From NCBI GenBank assembly GCA_038214755.1, contig JBBQRQ010000002.1, forward strand, positions 47,882-111,881: a stretch of DNA of 64,000 nt. Direction: 5' to 3'. The notes beneath the pieces were generated by a model. The model was not told where the DNA came from, did no database searches, and saw nothing but the letters and a program-made list of their open reading frames with translations. The translations under genes and the position numbers were made by a program. Each line of letters begins with the position of its first letter. The stretch's first letter is position 1. The DNA comes from Verrucomicrobiota bacterium. GTDB lineage: Bacteria; Verrucomicrobiota; Verrucomicrobiia; Limisphaerales; CANJXF01. Shown here piece after piece: positions 28,318 to 38,064 of this stretch.

Positions 28318-30543
28318 ATGCGCTCGATCATTTTTGATTTTCCCTTGGCGCTGCCGATTGGTTTGGCTTTGACGCTCGGCTTGCTGGGATGGTCGATTCG
28401 GAGTTTTCGGAAACACGGGTTGTCGAAATCACGCATCGCATTGTTAACGACGTTGCGTGGCGCGACTTTGCTTCTCCTGGTTTTTCTCGGGGCGCGTCCG
28501 GTGTGGGTCGAGAAACAGCGCGAGCAAAAGGAGAGAAGAAATATTCTGTTGCTCATGGACAAAAGCGAAAGCATGTCGCTTCAGGAAAATGAGCAAACGC
28601 GTTACGCACGCGCCATCGCCTTTACTCGCGAACATCTTTTGCCGGGCTTCGAAGAAGCAAAATTGAAAGTGCAGCCGTTTCTTTTTGCTGAAGATGCCGA
28701 GCCGGTCGATGGGCCGAAACTGGTCGCGGCAAAAGCTGACGGCAAACGATCCAATCTCGGACGTGCCATCGCTCGCGCGTTGGAAAGTTCGCCCAACGCG
28801 CTGGCGGTGATCGCGTTGACCGATGGCGCGGCGAACGAAAAATCCGACAACATGCGCGCGCTTTCCGCCTTGCTCGATTCCCATGTGCCGTTCATCGGCA
28901 TTGGCTTCGGCAGTGACACAGGAGTAAAAATGTTGTCGTTGCAACAAGTTGAAGCGCCGCCGATTGCCGCGCCGAACACGCGCTTTGAAATAACCGCGCA
29001 CCTGGAAACAATGAACGTGAATGATCTGCCCGCGTTCGATCTGGTTTTGTTGCGCGACGGACATTTTCTGCAAAAGAAAACGGTGGTGGCCAGCAGCGGT
29101 TCGCGATTCTGGCTGGAAAGTTTTCGGGTCGAAGAAAAATCTGAAGGCGCGCACAACTACGAAATTCAACTTGCGCCGCCCAATCTTCCGGGACTCGCCA
29201 GAGCAGGGACGACGGGCAGCGTGGCGGTGCGCATCGCGTCCGAGCGCGAGTTGCGGGTGTTGTATGTGCAAGGCGCGTTGACGTGGGATTACAAGTTTAT
29301 CGCCATGGCGTTGCACGGTGACCCGACGATCAAACTCACTGGCCTGACGCGCACTTCGAGCAAATCAGTTTTTCGCCAGAACGTGGAGAACGCAGGCGAA
29401 TTGCTGGAGGGTTTTCCAAAAACGATTGAAGGCATCGCGCCTTTTCGCGTGATTGTGCTTTCCAATTTGCGGCCAGTGGATCTTTCGACTGAGCAACAGG
29501 AGTTGCTGGCAAAATTTTCCGGCGAACTGGGCGGTGGCGTGCTGATGATCGGCGGCCCGGAAACTTTTGATTCATCGTGGCGCGACAGCCGGTTGGAAAA
29601 ATTGTTGCCGGTTATTTTTTCTGAAAACGGCGGCGTGCAAGGTCTGGATCGCCCTTTTCAACTCGAACTGACAGACGAAGCTTTGCAACATCCGGTTTTT
29701 CAAATCAGCGACGGCGGCGCGTTGCGGCGCACGTGGAACGCTTTGCCGAAATTCCACCAATACGGCCGCGTTGATTCTGCGAAGCCGGGCGCGCAAGTCT
29801 GGGCGTTGCATCAAACGGATGAAGGCCCGAAAGGCCGGCGCATTTTGATGGCGTCGCAACATTATGGTTCTGGATTGAGCGCGATTTTGACGGTGCAAAA
29901 TTTTTGGTTGTGGCGTCTGGCGAAGGATTCCGAGCCGCAGGAGTTCGACCGTTTTTGGCGGCAACTGTTTCGTTTTCTCGCGGAATCGAGCCGGCAGGAT
30001 GTCGCGATTCATATCGCCGATCAGGAACTTCGGCCTGATGTGGATATTCGATTGGTTCTAGAAAAAGAGCCGAGTCCAAAAGATGTCACCACTTCGAAGG
30101 CAAAATTTACGGCGCGGGTGGAAGATGCGCAGAAAAAAATTCTCGCTGAACAAACTTTGGAATTGCCCACGGGGCGTCCGGTTGATTTTTCATTTCATCC
30201 AAAGAACGCAGGACTTTACACCGTCTCGATTTTGAATGAGTTGAAACAGCCGGTTGCGACGCGTTCGATTGAAATTCGCGAGTTGAATGTGGAGTTGCAA
30301 AATTCGGCGCGGAACATGGAGAACCTGCAACAATGGGCTTCACTCAGCGATGGACTGGCTTTGCGCGCGGAAGATTGTCGCGACGGCGCAGAACTTCTGG
30401 CGCAATTGAAACCGAAGCTGGAACAGGCACGGCAGTCGCCCAAAGTGCGCGCGCCGATTGGCGTCAACGGCTGGACGTTTGCCTTTTTGCTGGGCTGCTT
30501 GAGTTTGGAATGGGGTTTGCGCAAACGATTTGGCATGGCCTGA
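28318..30543 (+). CDS. Membrane vWA / glutamine-amidotransferase-like protein
   Basis: N-terminal TM helices, MIDAS-like LLLMDKSESMS, a central segment LRVLYVQG...FRVIVLSNL...GGGVLMIGG, and a C-terminal TM helix. Confidence 0.6.
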   Translation: MRSIIFDFPLALPIGLALTLGLLGWSIRSFRKHGLSKSRIALLTTLRGATLLLLVFLGARPVWVEKQREQKERRNILLLMDKSESMSLQENEQTRYARAIAFTREHLLPGFEEAKLKVQPFLFAEDAEPVDGPKLVAAKADGKRSNLGRAIARALESSPNALAVIALTDGAANEKSDNMRALSALLDSHVPFIGIGFGSDTGVKMLSLQQVEAPPIAAPNTRFEITAHLETMNVNDLPAFDLVLLRDGHFLQKKTVVASSGSRFWLESFRVEEKSEGAHNYEIQLAPPNLPGLARAGTTGSVAVRIASERELRVLYVQGALTWDYKFIAMALHGDPTIKLTGLTRTSSKSVFRQNVENAGELLEGFPKTIEGIAPFRVIVLSNLRPVDLSTEQQELLAKFSGELGGGVLMIGGPETFDSSWRDSRLEKLLPVIFSENGGVQGLDRPFQLELTDEALQHPVFQISDGGALRRTWNALPKFHQYGRVDSAKPGAQVWALHQTDEGPKGRRILMASQHYGSGLSAILTVQNFWLWRLAKDSEPQEFDRFWRQLFRFLAESSRQDVAIHIADQELRPDVDIRLVLEKEPSPKDVTTSKAKFTARVEDAQKKILAEQTLELPTGRPVDFSFHPKNAGLYTVSILNELKQPVATRSIEIRELNVELQNSARNMENLQQWASLSDGLALRAEDCRDGAELLAQLKPKLEQARQSPKVRAPIGVNGWTFAFLLGCLSLEWGLRKRFGMA

Positions 30544-30552
30544 AAATTTTTA

Positions 30553-31242
30553 ATGAAGAATTCGCTTATGAAAAAATTAAAAATCCTGCTCGCGATTATG
30601 TGCTGCGGCTTCCTGGCGCGCGCGGAAAATCCGCCCAAGCGTGAGGACAGGCTCGCCACATTTTTTATGGGCCGCGTCAAATATGCGAGCAACGACGGGC
30701 GCGATTGTGGCGGGGTGGGAGAAGATTTAATGAAGCTCGTTTCACGCGCCTCGACGATTAAGATTCAGGAAGAACGGCAGGTAAAATTGGCCGAGGCGCT
30801 TCTTTTTGAAACGCCGTTTGTGTTTATGAATGGCCACGACGATTTCGTTTTGACTGAAGCCGAGTTGCAAAATCTGCGTAAATATTTGAGCCACGGCGGA
30901 TTTATTTTTGGCTCCGGTTGTTGCACGAATCCTAATTTCCCAAAAGCGTGGCGGCGCGAATTCAGTCGTGTTTTTGCAGGGGAGTCGGTCAAAGCGTTGA
31001 GCTATGACCATTTGATTTACCGTTCGTTCTACAAAGTTGATCGCGTGAAATGCCTCGATAAACCGCGCAACATCCAGCTTGAAGGTTTATTTTACCAGGG
31101 AAATCTCGTCGCGGTGATGTGCGAAGATGGCCTCTGCTGTTCCTTCAGCGCGAACAACACTTGCAACGACGGTAAAGGAATAAGCCCGAACGATGGACAG
31201 AAACTCGCGTTGAACATCGCGGTGTTCGCGCTGACGCATTAA
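30553..31242 (+). CDS. DUF4159 domain protein
   Basis: FFMGRVKY...FVFMNGHDDFVLTEAELQNLRKYLSHGGFIFGSGCC is a typical DUF4159 pattern. Has a signal peptide. Confidence 0.6.
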   Translation: MKNSLMKKLKILLAIMCCGFLARAENPPKREDRLATFFMGRVKYASNDGRDCGGVGEDLMKLVSRASTIKIQEERQVKLAEALLFETPFVFMNGHDDFVLTEAELQNLRKYLSHGGFIFGSGCCTNPNFPKAWRREFSRVFAGESVKALSYDHLIYRSFYKVDRVKCLDKPRNIQLEGLFYQGNLVAVMCEDGLCCSFSANNTCNDGKGISPNDGQKLALNIAVFALTH

Positions 31243-31265
31243 TCAGGTTGGCGAATGGTTCAAAT

Positions 31266-32660
31266 TCAGTCTTCAGCGCGCTCGCCATGCGGCGCCATCT
31301 TCACGAGCTTCGGATCGAATTGGCCGATCGTTTCCACCAAGTCGGATTGCGCAGCCATGACCGTATGAATGTCTTTGTAAACCATCGGCGCTTCGTCAAG
31401 GCCAGCGGAAATGAGCGTCACTCCGCGTTCGCGCAGAAATTGATTCACTGCTTTCCAATTGAAAGTTTGCGACGCGCGAGTGCGGCTCATGACACGTCCC
31501 GCTCCATGCGAAGCAGAATGCAAAGATTCAGCATTCCCTTTTCCACGAACAACAAATCCGGGGGTCGCCATTGAGCCAGGGATTATTCCCAACACACCCG
31601 TGCCCGCTGGCGTGGCACCTTTGCGATGCACCACGACCTCACGCTCTACGCCCTCGATAACGTGCTTTTCTTTCCAGGCAAAGTTGTGGTGGTTTTCCAG
31701 ATCGAGCAAGACCTGCGCGCCGAGATTTTCCGCGATGTGTTTATGAATGCAGGCGTGATTCGCGGCGGCGTATTGTCCCATCAATTCCATCGCGTTCCAA
31801 TACTCCTGCCCTTCCTGCGAATCGAGCGACAACCACGCGAGCCGCTTCAATTCGCTCGGCAAATCGGGAAACTGGCTGAACGCGATCTTGCTGTAGTAAT
31901 CGCAGACCGACGCGCCTGTGCCGCGACTCCCGCTGTGTGACAGCAACGCCACATAAGTGCCCGGTTCCAATTCGTTGATTTTCGAGTGCGCCGTGAATAG
32001 ACCAAACTCGACAAAATGATTGCCGCTGCCGCTCGTGCCGAGTTGCGACCACGCGCGGTCTTTGTTTTGTTTCGTAATTGGACTGACCGACCAGTCCGCG
32101 TCGAGCACGCCGTGGTGGCGACGCTCCTTGAAATTCGCGCCGATGCCGAAGCGCGTCTCCGCTTCGATGGCGCGCGTGAGCCGGTCCTGCTTGCGTTCCA
32201 GATCGCGCAACGGCAGATCGAGCACCGTCATCTTCATGCGGCACGCGATGTCCACACCAACGGCGTAAGGAATCACCGCGTTCTCGGTGGCCAGCACGCC
32301 GCCGATGGGCAGGCCGTAGCCCACATGCGCGTCCGGCATGAGCGCGCCCGCCACCGAGATCGGCAACAGACACGCCTTTTCCATCTGCATCACCGCCTCA
32401 TGTTCCAAACCTTCGCCCCATTGCCGATACTTCACCGGCTCGGCGCGCGGCGGCGGTGGCGCATGGAGCAACGCCTTCGCAAGCTCGCCGCGCAATGCGT
32501 CATCCACGAACGCCGCCGGATTGGCGACAATGGCCGCGACATCTTCGTGCAACCGCGACTTGTCGCCGCCGCCGAGGATAAACTTGCAAACAAAATCCGT
32601 CGCGCGCCGGGTGGCCTCGCCGAGCGGAACTCCCGTTCGTAAAAAATCTTTCGCATTCAT
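31266..32660 (-). CDS. rtcB: RNA-splicing ligase RtcB
   Basis: MPDAHVGYGLPIGGV, GSGNHF, HSGSRGTG, NHHNFAW and HGAGR motifs. Confidence 0.92.
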   Translation of the reverse strand: MNAKDFLRTGVPLGEATRRATDFVCKFILGGGDKSRLHEDVAAIVANPAAFVDDALRGELAKALLHAPPPPRAEPVKYRQWGEGLEHEAVMQMEKACLLPISVAGALMPDAHVGYGLPIGGVLATENAVIPYAVGVDIACRMKMTVLDLPLRDLERKQDRLTRAIEAETRFGIGANFKERRHHGVLDADWSVSPITKQNKDRAWSQLGTSGSGNHFVEFGLFTAHSKINELEPGTYVALLSHSGSRGTGASVCDYYSKIAFSQFPDLPSELKRLAWLSLDSQEGQEYWNAMELMGQYAAANHACIHKHIAENLGAQVLLDLENHHNFAWKEKHVIEGVEREVVVHRKGATPAGTGVLGIIPGSMATPGFVVRGKGNAESLHSASHGAGRVMSRTRASQTFNWKAVNQFLRERGVTLISAGLDEAPMVYKDIHTVMAAQSDLVETIGQFDPKLVKMAPHGERAED

Positions 32661-32694
32661 AACAAAATTGCTTCTCCCGGTTTGAGGCGGAAAC

Positions 32695-33987
32695 TCACTT
32701 TTGCGCCTTGCTCAACTCCGATTCGATCTCCTCGACCGTCGGCAGGCTGCCCTTCAGATTCTTCGGCAGGGATTCGACGAGCTTGGTCTGCCATTGCGCG
32801 ACGCCGATGGGCTTCTTCAAATCGCGCAACGCATATTCCACCGTCAAGTTGTCGCGCTCCTTGCACAGCAACAGTCCGATAGACGGCTTGTCATCTGCGT
32901 GACGCAACTGATCGTCCACGGCGGAGAGATAGAAATTCATTTTACCGGCGAACTCCGGCTCAAAGGCTTTCATCTTCAAATCGATCACCACGTAGCTGCG
33001 CAACCGCAGATGATAGAACAACAGGTCGAGATAATAATCCTGCCCGCCAATTTCCAGGTGAAACTGCCGTCCCACGAACGCAAACCCGACGCCGAGCTGA
33101 AGCAGGAACTTCTGGATGTGATCCAGCAAACCCAATTCAAGGTCGCGCTCATGCGCGTCGGCGCGGAGCGTGAGGAAATCGAAGGTGTAAGGGTCTTTGA
33201 GCGTCTGCTCGGCCAGATCGGATTGCACCGGCGGCAACGTGCGCTGGAAGTTCGTAACCGCCTTGCCTTCGCGTTTGTGCAATTGCGCTTCGATGTGGTG
33301 CGTCAGCACCGCGCGTGACCAGCCATGCTCGACGGCTTTGCGCGCATACCAAAGGCGGTCAGCGGCGGATTCGAGTTTTTGCAGCAACACAATGTTGTGA
33401 CCCCACGGCAGCGAAGCCATTGGTTCGGGCGGAGCGGCAAATTCTGTTGCAGGCTGTGACAGTTTTTGCGCCGGGAATTCTCTTACAGCTTGTGAGAGAA
33501 TCTGCGGTTCGGATTCTCCAAGTCGCTGAGGAAGAATCGCCTCCTCCGGCAATTGTCGCACAAGCTGTGCGACAATTGCCGAACCCGACTGAGCAGCCGC
33601 CTTTTTCCCGCCGCCCGGTAATTGTCGCACAGGTTGTGCGACAATTGCGTTCGCCGGTGCATAACCCAGGAAGAACGCCCTCATGCGATAAAGATTCTTG
33701 CGAGAAAATCCTGCCATCTCGGGGAACTCCTCGGTCAAGTCATGCGAGAGGCGATCAAGCACGCGGTCGCCCCATTTGTGCGTTTTCTGTTGTTCAACGA
33801 TGGCTCTGCCAATGTCCCAATACAACGCGATCAGCTCGCGATTGACGGAAACCGCCGCGCGAAGTTGCGACGCGCGGACGCGCATCTTGAGGTCGGCGAG
33901 AATGGTGGCGTAATCGGCAGGCAATGCGCTGGACGCTTTGCCGCCGATGGCTTTTGCCAAGCTGATGGTTGATTTCTTTTTCGCCAT
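32695..33987 (-). CDS. yhcG: PDDEXK nuclease domain protein (YhcG/DUF1016 family)
   Basis: LPWGHNIVLL, then YYLDLLFYHLRLRSYVVIDLKMKAFEPEFAGKMNFYLSAVDD (PD-ExK core). Confidence 0.85.
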   Translation of the reverse strand: MAKKKSTISLAKAIGGKASSALPADYATILADLKMRVRASQLRAAVSVNRELIALYWDIGRAIVEQQKTHKWGDRVLDRLSHDLTEEFPEMAGFSRKNLYRMRAFFLGYAPANAIVAQPVRQLPGGGKKAAAQSGSAIVAQLVRQLPEEAILPQRLGESEPQILSQAVREFPAQKLSQPATEFAAPPEPMASLPWGHNIVLLQKLESAADRLWYARKAVEHGWSRAVLTHHIEAQLHKREGKAVTNFQRTLPPVQSDLAEQTLKDPYTFDFLTLRADAHERDLELGLLDHIQKFLLQLGVGFAFVGRQFHLEIGGQDYYLDLLFYHLRLRSYVVIDLKMKAFEPEFAGKMNFYLSAVDDQLRHADDKPSIGLLLCKERDNLTVEYALRDLKKPIGVAQWQTKLVESLPKNLKGSLPTVEEIESELSKAQK

Positions 33988-34151
33988 ACCCAGAGTTAGC
34001 CGGTGATTCCTGGTTGATGATGTTAAAGGTGGATTGGGTTGAAAAGCCTTTCCAAACGGGCAGCTTCACCCAGCGGCACACCGAGAGGAATAAAATCTTT
34101 AGTGTTCATGAAAAATGCGTTTCAACAGGAACAGTGCCACCACCACCAAGC

Positions 34152-35285
34152 TCACGCTATCGCTTGGCGCAATTCGCCCGGCGAAACAATTGAAAGTTTC
34201 AGCCTATCCTGAACCCGCTCATACGCCGGGCCGTTCAATGGGCTGACCACATAGTTTTTCCCTTTTGGATACTGTTCGCGAAACGCCGCCAGCCCGCGCG
34301 TTTCAAACGCATCCGCTTTCCATTTGCATTCGATGGCGTCAACGGCATCGCGGCCGCGCGGCACGACGAAGTCCACTTCGCGCTGCTGTTTGTCGCGCCA
34401 GAAATGAATCTTCGGCAGATTGGCGGCGATAAGGGTGTCCAGCACGAGATGCTCCCACAACACGCCGCAATCCTCCGTTCGCAAATGATCCCAGCCGCGC
34501 GCGTGGCAGACCAACCCCGTGTCAAAACCGAACACCTTCGGCTGCGCCACGATCTCCCGCCGCCCGCCTGCTGAAAACGGACGCACCAAATGCGCCACAT
34601 GCGTGATCTGATAAACCTCCAGCCAGTTCGTGACGGCAGGCCGGCTGATCTGGCTTTCGGCGGCCAGCTTCGTCACGTCCAGCATCCCGCCGCTTTGGCG
34701 CATCAACAATTCCAGCACGCGCAGAAAACCGGCGCGTTTCTCCAGCCGGAAAAGCTCCTGGACGTCGCGCGCGAAATAGGAATCCTGCCACTCGGCGTAG
34801 AATTCTGGATTGTGTTTCTCCGCGAGCAGCGCGGGCGGCAATCCCCCGCGCAACAAACGTTCCCGCAAATCCGTCACGCCGAACGCCGCCAATTCCTCGT
34901 GCAACACCGGCACCAGCTGCACCACCCGCTTGCGCCCCGTCAGGCTGTCGCGGAACTTTTGCGTGGCCGCGAGCGTGGACGAACCCGTCGCCAGGATTTT
35001 CAATTTGGGAAAATCATCCGCGCCAATCTTCAACAGCCGGCTTGGATCGGGAAGCTGATGCACCTCGTCGAACACCACCAGCCGCTTTTTCACGGAACGG
35101 AAAAAACTCTCCGGATCGCGCAGCCGTTCCGCCACGCTGGGCAGGTCGCAGTTGAGAAACTCCGCGTCGGGAAAGCTCTGCGCCAGCACCGTCTTGCCCG
35201 CGCGCCGCGGCCCGCTCAGCCAGACAATGGACGCCTGTTTCCACGCGGCGACGAGCCGTTCAGTCCAAAAAGGTCGGTCAATCAT
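34152..35285 (-). CDS. AAA ATPase with DUF4143 C-terminal domain
   Basis: Walker A GPRRAGKT, Walker B VVFDEVH, and C-terminus REVDFVVPRGRDAVDAIECKW. Confidence 0.8.
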   Translation of the reverse strand: MIDRPFWTERLVAAWKQASIVWLSGPRRAGKTVLAQSFPDAEFLNCDLPSVAERLRDPESFFRSVKKRLVVFDEVHQLPDPSRLLKIGADDFPKLKILATGSSTLAATQKFRDSLTGRKRVVQLVPVLHEELAAFGVTDLRERLLRGGLPPALLAEKHNPEFYAEWQDSYFARDVQELFRLEKRAGFLRVLELLMRQSGGMLDVTKLAAESQISRPAVTNWLEVYQITHVAHLVRPFSAGGRREIVAQPKVFGFDTGLVCHARGWDHLRTEDCGVLWEHLVLDTLIAANLPKIHFWRDKQQREVDFVVPRGRDAVDAIECKWKADAFETRGLAAFREQYPKGKNYVVSPLNGPAYERVQDRLKLSIVSPGELRQAIA

Positions 35286-35420
35286 GGCAGGCAGACTTTA
35301 CGTTTAGACGGCTAAAAGTAAAGTCTGGATTCGGCGCGCGGCGTTTACGCCGCTTCAACTCCCGGCTGTTGAGCGCCGCAGAGATGCCTCACGATGTCGT
35401 GCGGTGAAGCGGACTGAACT

Positions 35421-35653
35421 TTGAATCCCAACGGGATTCCAGCGTTCAGCCAAAGGTTGCGACGAAGGAGCTATCTTGGGTTCGCATCCCAAAATATCCA
35501 CAACCCCAACGCGGGTTGCATCGTTTTCATTTATCCGTTTCTGATTCACGGGCGGACGCAACTCCTTCAGAGTTGAAATTCTTTTTTCACGTTTTCCCAG
35601 GGTAGCTCGTTCCTCGCAACCTTGGGCTGACTGACGAAATCCCGTTGGGATTT
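35421..35653. repeat. MITE-like palindromic element, copy 1
   Basis: The ends are aatcccaacgggatt / aatcccgttgggatt. Subterminal arms are ggttgcgacgaaggagctatc / gtagctcgttcctcgcaacc. Internal hairpins are caaccccaacgcgggttg and caactccttcagagttg. It is homologous to 44444-44716. Confidence 0.8.
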
Positions 35654-35664
35654 TCAAAAGCATG

Positions 35665-35762
35665 AGCCGTCGCGCGCCGCGTGGCTTCACCCGGCGGCAC
35701 GTCTTGGCGCGCCGAAGTTGGACGCAAGGGGGGACGAGACGGAGAAAATCTTTGGCGTTCAT
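35665..35762 (-). pseudogene. Remnant of an rtcB-like 5' end
   Basis: atgaacgccaaagattttctccgt (MNAKDFLR) and gaagccacgcggcgcgcgacgg (EATRRAT) match rtcB codons 1-8 and 15-21 at 32660. The two matches are out of frame with each other, and the remnant is cut off by the MITE. Confidence 0.6.
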
Positions 35763-35832
35763 GTCAAACAAGGGTCGTCCTCCCATTCGAGAACTTGCGC
35801 GTTCGTCGCCCCCGTCATGTCAGCCCACGTTT

Positions 35833-36573
35833 TCACAACCAAATGTCCGTTCCTGCGGCGAGCCAGTTCGGAACCATCTTCTGATGCTGCCAGTGTTCGC
35901 TTTGCTGCACCTTCTCCACAAACTCCGGACGGACCAGTTTGGCGCGGCCTGTCACATAGCCGTCGGCCTCACTGCGAACGTAAAGTCCTTCCATCAAATT
36001 GTCGGTCTTGCCCGTGATTGGATTTTCAAAAGCGCTGTCAAACGCCGATGGCACGATGAGCGATTCCAGTTCGTCTGCCTTGGCGCGACCGCGATGAACG
36101 ATAGGCACAGTATGAAGGCCGGTTCCGTCCAACATTCGCTGACGAGCGGCGAGGTCGAGAAACTGCCCGGCGTCCTTGTCGTAAATGTCGAACTCGAAAA
36201 AGTAATGCGGTAGCTTGCAATAGTGGACGGAGTGCTTCGCGTAGAGCCATTCGCCGTAGAGGATAAACTGATTACCGAGCATTCCTTCGAGGACTGGGCG
36301 CTTCACCGAAGTCCACTGCTTGAAGAGATCATATTGCGGATGCATGCCCTCGGTAATTTCGTGACCACGGCATTGCAGCACCATGCGTCCACGGGACGTG
36401 AAATGAATTCCAACGTTCGTGCCATCAATCTTCTCCGCCACAATCAACGAAGGGTCCGCGATCAACCTCTCAGATTCTTTTTGGCCAAGATGTTTGTCGC
36501 CAGCAGTTCCCTTCGACCCGAACAGATGCGGTGTGCGTGGGTATTTGATAAAATCATCGCGGGTCGCTCCCAT
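35833..36573 (-). CDS. ATP-dependent RNA ligase family protein (nucleotidyltransferase KxDGxN)
   Basis: KYPRTPHL, then motif [14 protein letters not shown], plus [12 protein letters not shown] and FFEFDIY motifs. Confidence 0.65.
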   Translation of the reverse strand: MGATRDDFIKYPRTPHLFGSKGTAGDKHLGQKESERLIADPSLIVAEKIDGTNVGIHFTSRGRMVLQCRGHEITEGMHPQYDLFKQWTSVKRPVLEGMLGNQFILYGEWLYAKHSVHYCKLPHYFFEFDIYDKDAGQFLDLAARQRMLDGTGLHTVPIVHRGRAKADELESLIVPSAFDSAFENPITGKTDNLMEGLYVRSEADGYVTGRAKLVRPEFVEKVQQSEHWQHQKMVPNWLAAGTDIWL

Positions 36574-36639
36574 AGCAGTAATCGAGTTTGGTTGAATTAA
36601 GTTGGGAGAGCGAGCTTTGACGCCCGCTCTCCCGTTGTT

Positions 36640-36735
36640 TCATTCGTTCAAGAACAGTTTCCACTCCGTGATGCCGTGGGCGTTGCGGAGGAGCGCCGTG
36701 ACCGGCAGTTTCCCGCCTTGCGCGACCGTGGTACG
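36640..36735 (-). pseudogene. 3'-terminal remnant of a second HNH endonuclease gene
   Basis: The minus strand reads ..GKLPVTALLRNAHGITEWKLFLNE*. This is about 85% nt identical to the 3' end of the HNH ORF at 38065-38160 (..ELPVTALIRNAHGIAEWKLFLNA*). Confidence 0.65.
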
Positions 36736-36738
36736 TTT

Positions 36739-37986
36739 TCACAGACAAGACCACGGGAGCGCCGTCACCTTGTCGTGTATTTGCAGCGGCTGACGGCAGC
36801 GGCAAATGATGTAGGCGTGCTTCGCGTGTTTCGGATGTTCACCCAAGAACGTCAGGAGATGACGCGCGTCGGAGAGCGTCGGGTTCTCCGTCCATTTCAC
36901 TTCAATCGGCGTCAGGCCGCCTTCGCGCTGGATGATGAAGTCCACTTCCGCGCCGTCATGGGTGCGGAGGTAATGCAACGTGCCCGTGCCAAGGTATTGC
37001 AGGCGTTTCCAAAGTTCGACTCCCACCCATTGCTCGAAGAGCGGGCCGGGATTCGCCAGCACCACATCGGTGTTGGGCCGCAACCCGGCGGCGGCGTGGC
37101 GGATGCCGAGGTCGAAGAACAGGAAGCGGTCGGTGGAGAGCAGATTTTTTCGCGGGCTGCCGGAATATGCTGGCAGACGGAAGCCGAGAAACATGTCTTC
37201 CAAAAGCTGGTAGTGGCTCTTGATGGTCGGCACGGACAGGCCTACGTCCTTGGAAATTTTGTGGTAGTTCACCATCTGCCCGGACTCGACGGCGGCGAAG
37301 CGCAGGAAGCGCACGAACGCGGGCCAGTCCTTCACCATCGCTTCGCGCCGCATTTCCTCCTCCAGATGAAGTTGCGTGTAGGCGTGCAACATCTCGGCGC
37401 GATGCGCTTCGTCAGCGGTGACGACGCCCGGGAGTTCGCCGAAGGCGAGTCGTGTGAGCAGGTCGGCGCGCGGAAATGGTTTCGTCGGGCGCTTCCCGTC
37501 CGGCCAGTCGAGCGGCAACGGCGGCGGGGCGTCAAACTCAGCGGGCGATTCGGCAGGCGGGCGTTCAGTCAGCGTGAGCGGAAAAAGGCGGTGCAAAAAG
37601 CTGCGGCCCGGCAGAAGGTTCGCGCCGGTCTGCCGCAACTTGCGCGCGGAACTGCCGCAGAGGATGAACCGCCAGCGTTTCTTGTCTCCGTCGTAAAGAT
37701 GCTGCACGGCGTCGAACAGCGCGGGCACGTTTTGCGCCTCGTCCACGAACACCCACGCGCCGCCTTCGCGCTGTCGCAGGCCACGGCAAAGTGCGATGAG
37801 GTCGTCCGGGTGGTTGAGATATTGCGCCCGCACCTTCGGAATGGAGAGGTCAATGCGCGCGGCGTGCGGCGGCAGGAGATTCTGAATGAGGGTGGATTTG
37901 CCCGTCTGCCGCGCGCCGAACACGATATGCACATACGGGGCGGCGAACTTCTTTCGCCAAAGGGATTCGGGCCAGCGGGTGAACAC
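36739..37986 (-). CDS. AAA ATPase with DUF4143 C-terminal domain (second paralog)
   Basis: Walker A GARQTGKST, Walker B VFVDEAQ, and C-terminus AEVDFIIQREGGLTPIEVKW. GTG start. Confidence 0.8.
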   Translation of the reverse strand: MFTRWPESLWRKKFAAPYVHIVFGARQTGKSTLIQNLLPPHAARIDLSIPKVRAQYLNHPDDLIALCRGLRQREGGAWVFVDEAQNVPALFDAVQHLYDGDKKRWRFILCGSSARKLRQTGANLLPGRSFLHRLFPLTLTERPPAESPAEFDAPPPLPLDWPDGKRPTKPFPRADLLTRLAFGELPGVVTADEAHRAEMLHAYTQLHLEEEMRREAMVKDWPAFVRFLRFAAVESGQMVNYHKISKDVGLSVPTIKSHYQLLEDMFLGFRLPAYSGSPRKNLLSTDRFLFFDLGIRHAAAGLRPNTDVVLANPGPLFEQWVGVELWKRLQYLGTGTLHYLRTHDGAEVDFIIQREGGLTPIEVKWTENPTLSDARHLLTFLGEHPKHAKHAYIICRCRQPLQIHDKVTALPWSCL

Positions 37987-38064
37987 GGCTTGGTTTTAAT
38001 CGCCTGTTATTGAAAGTCAACTTTCAATAACAGGCGTTTAATGAAAACGCGATTCGCGCGCACC

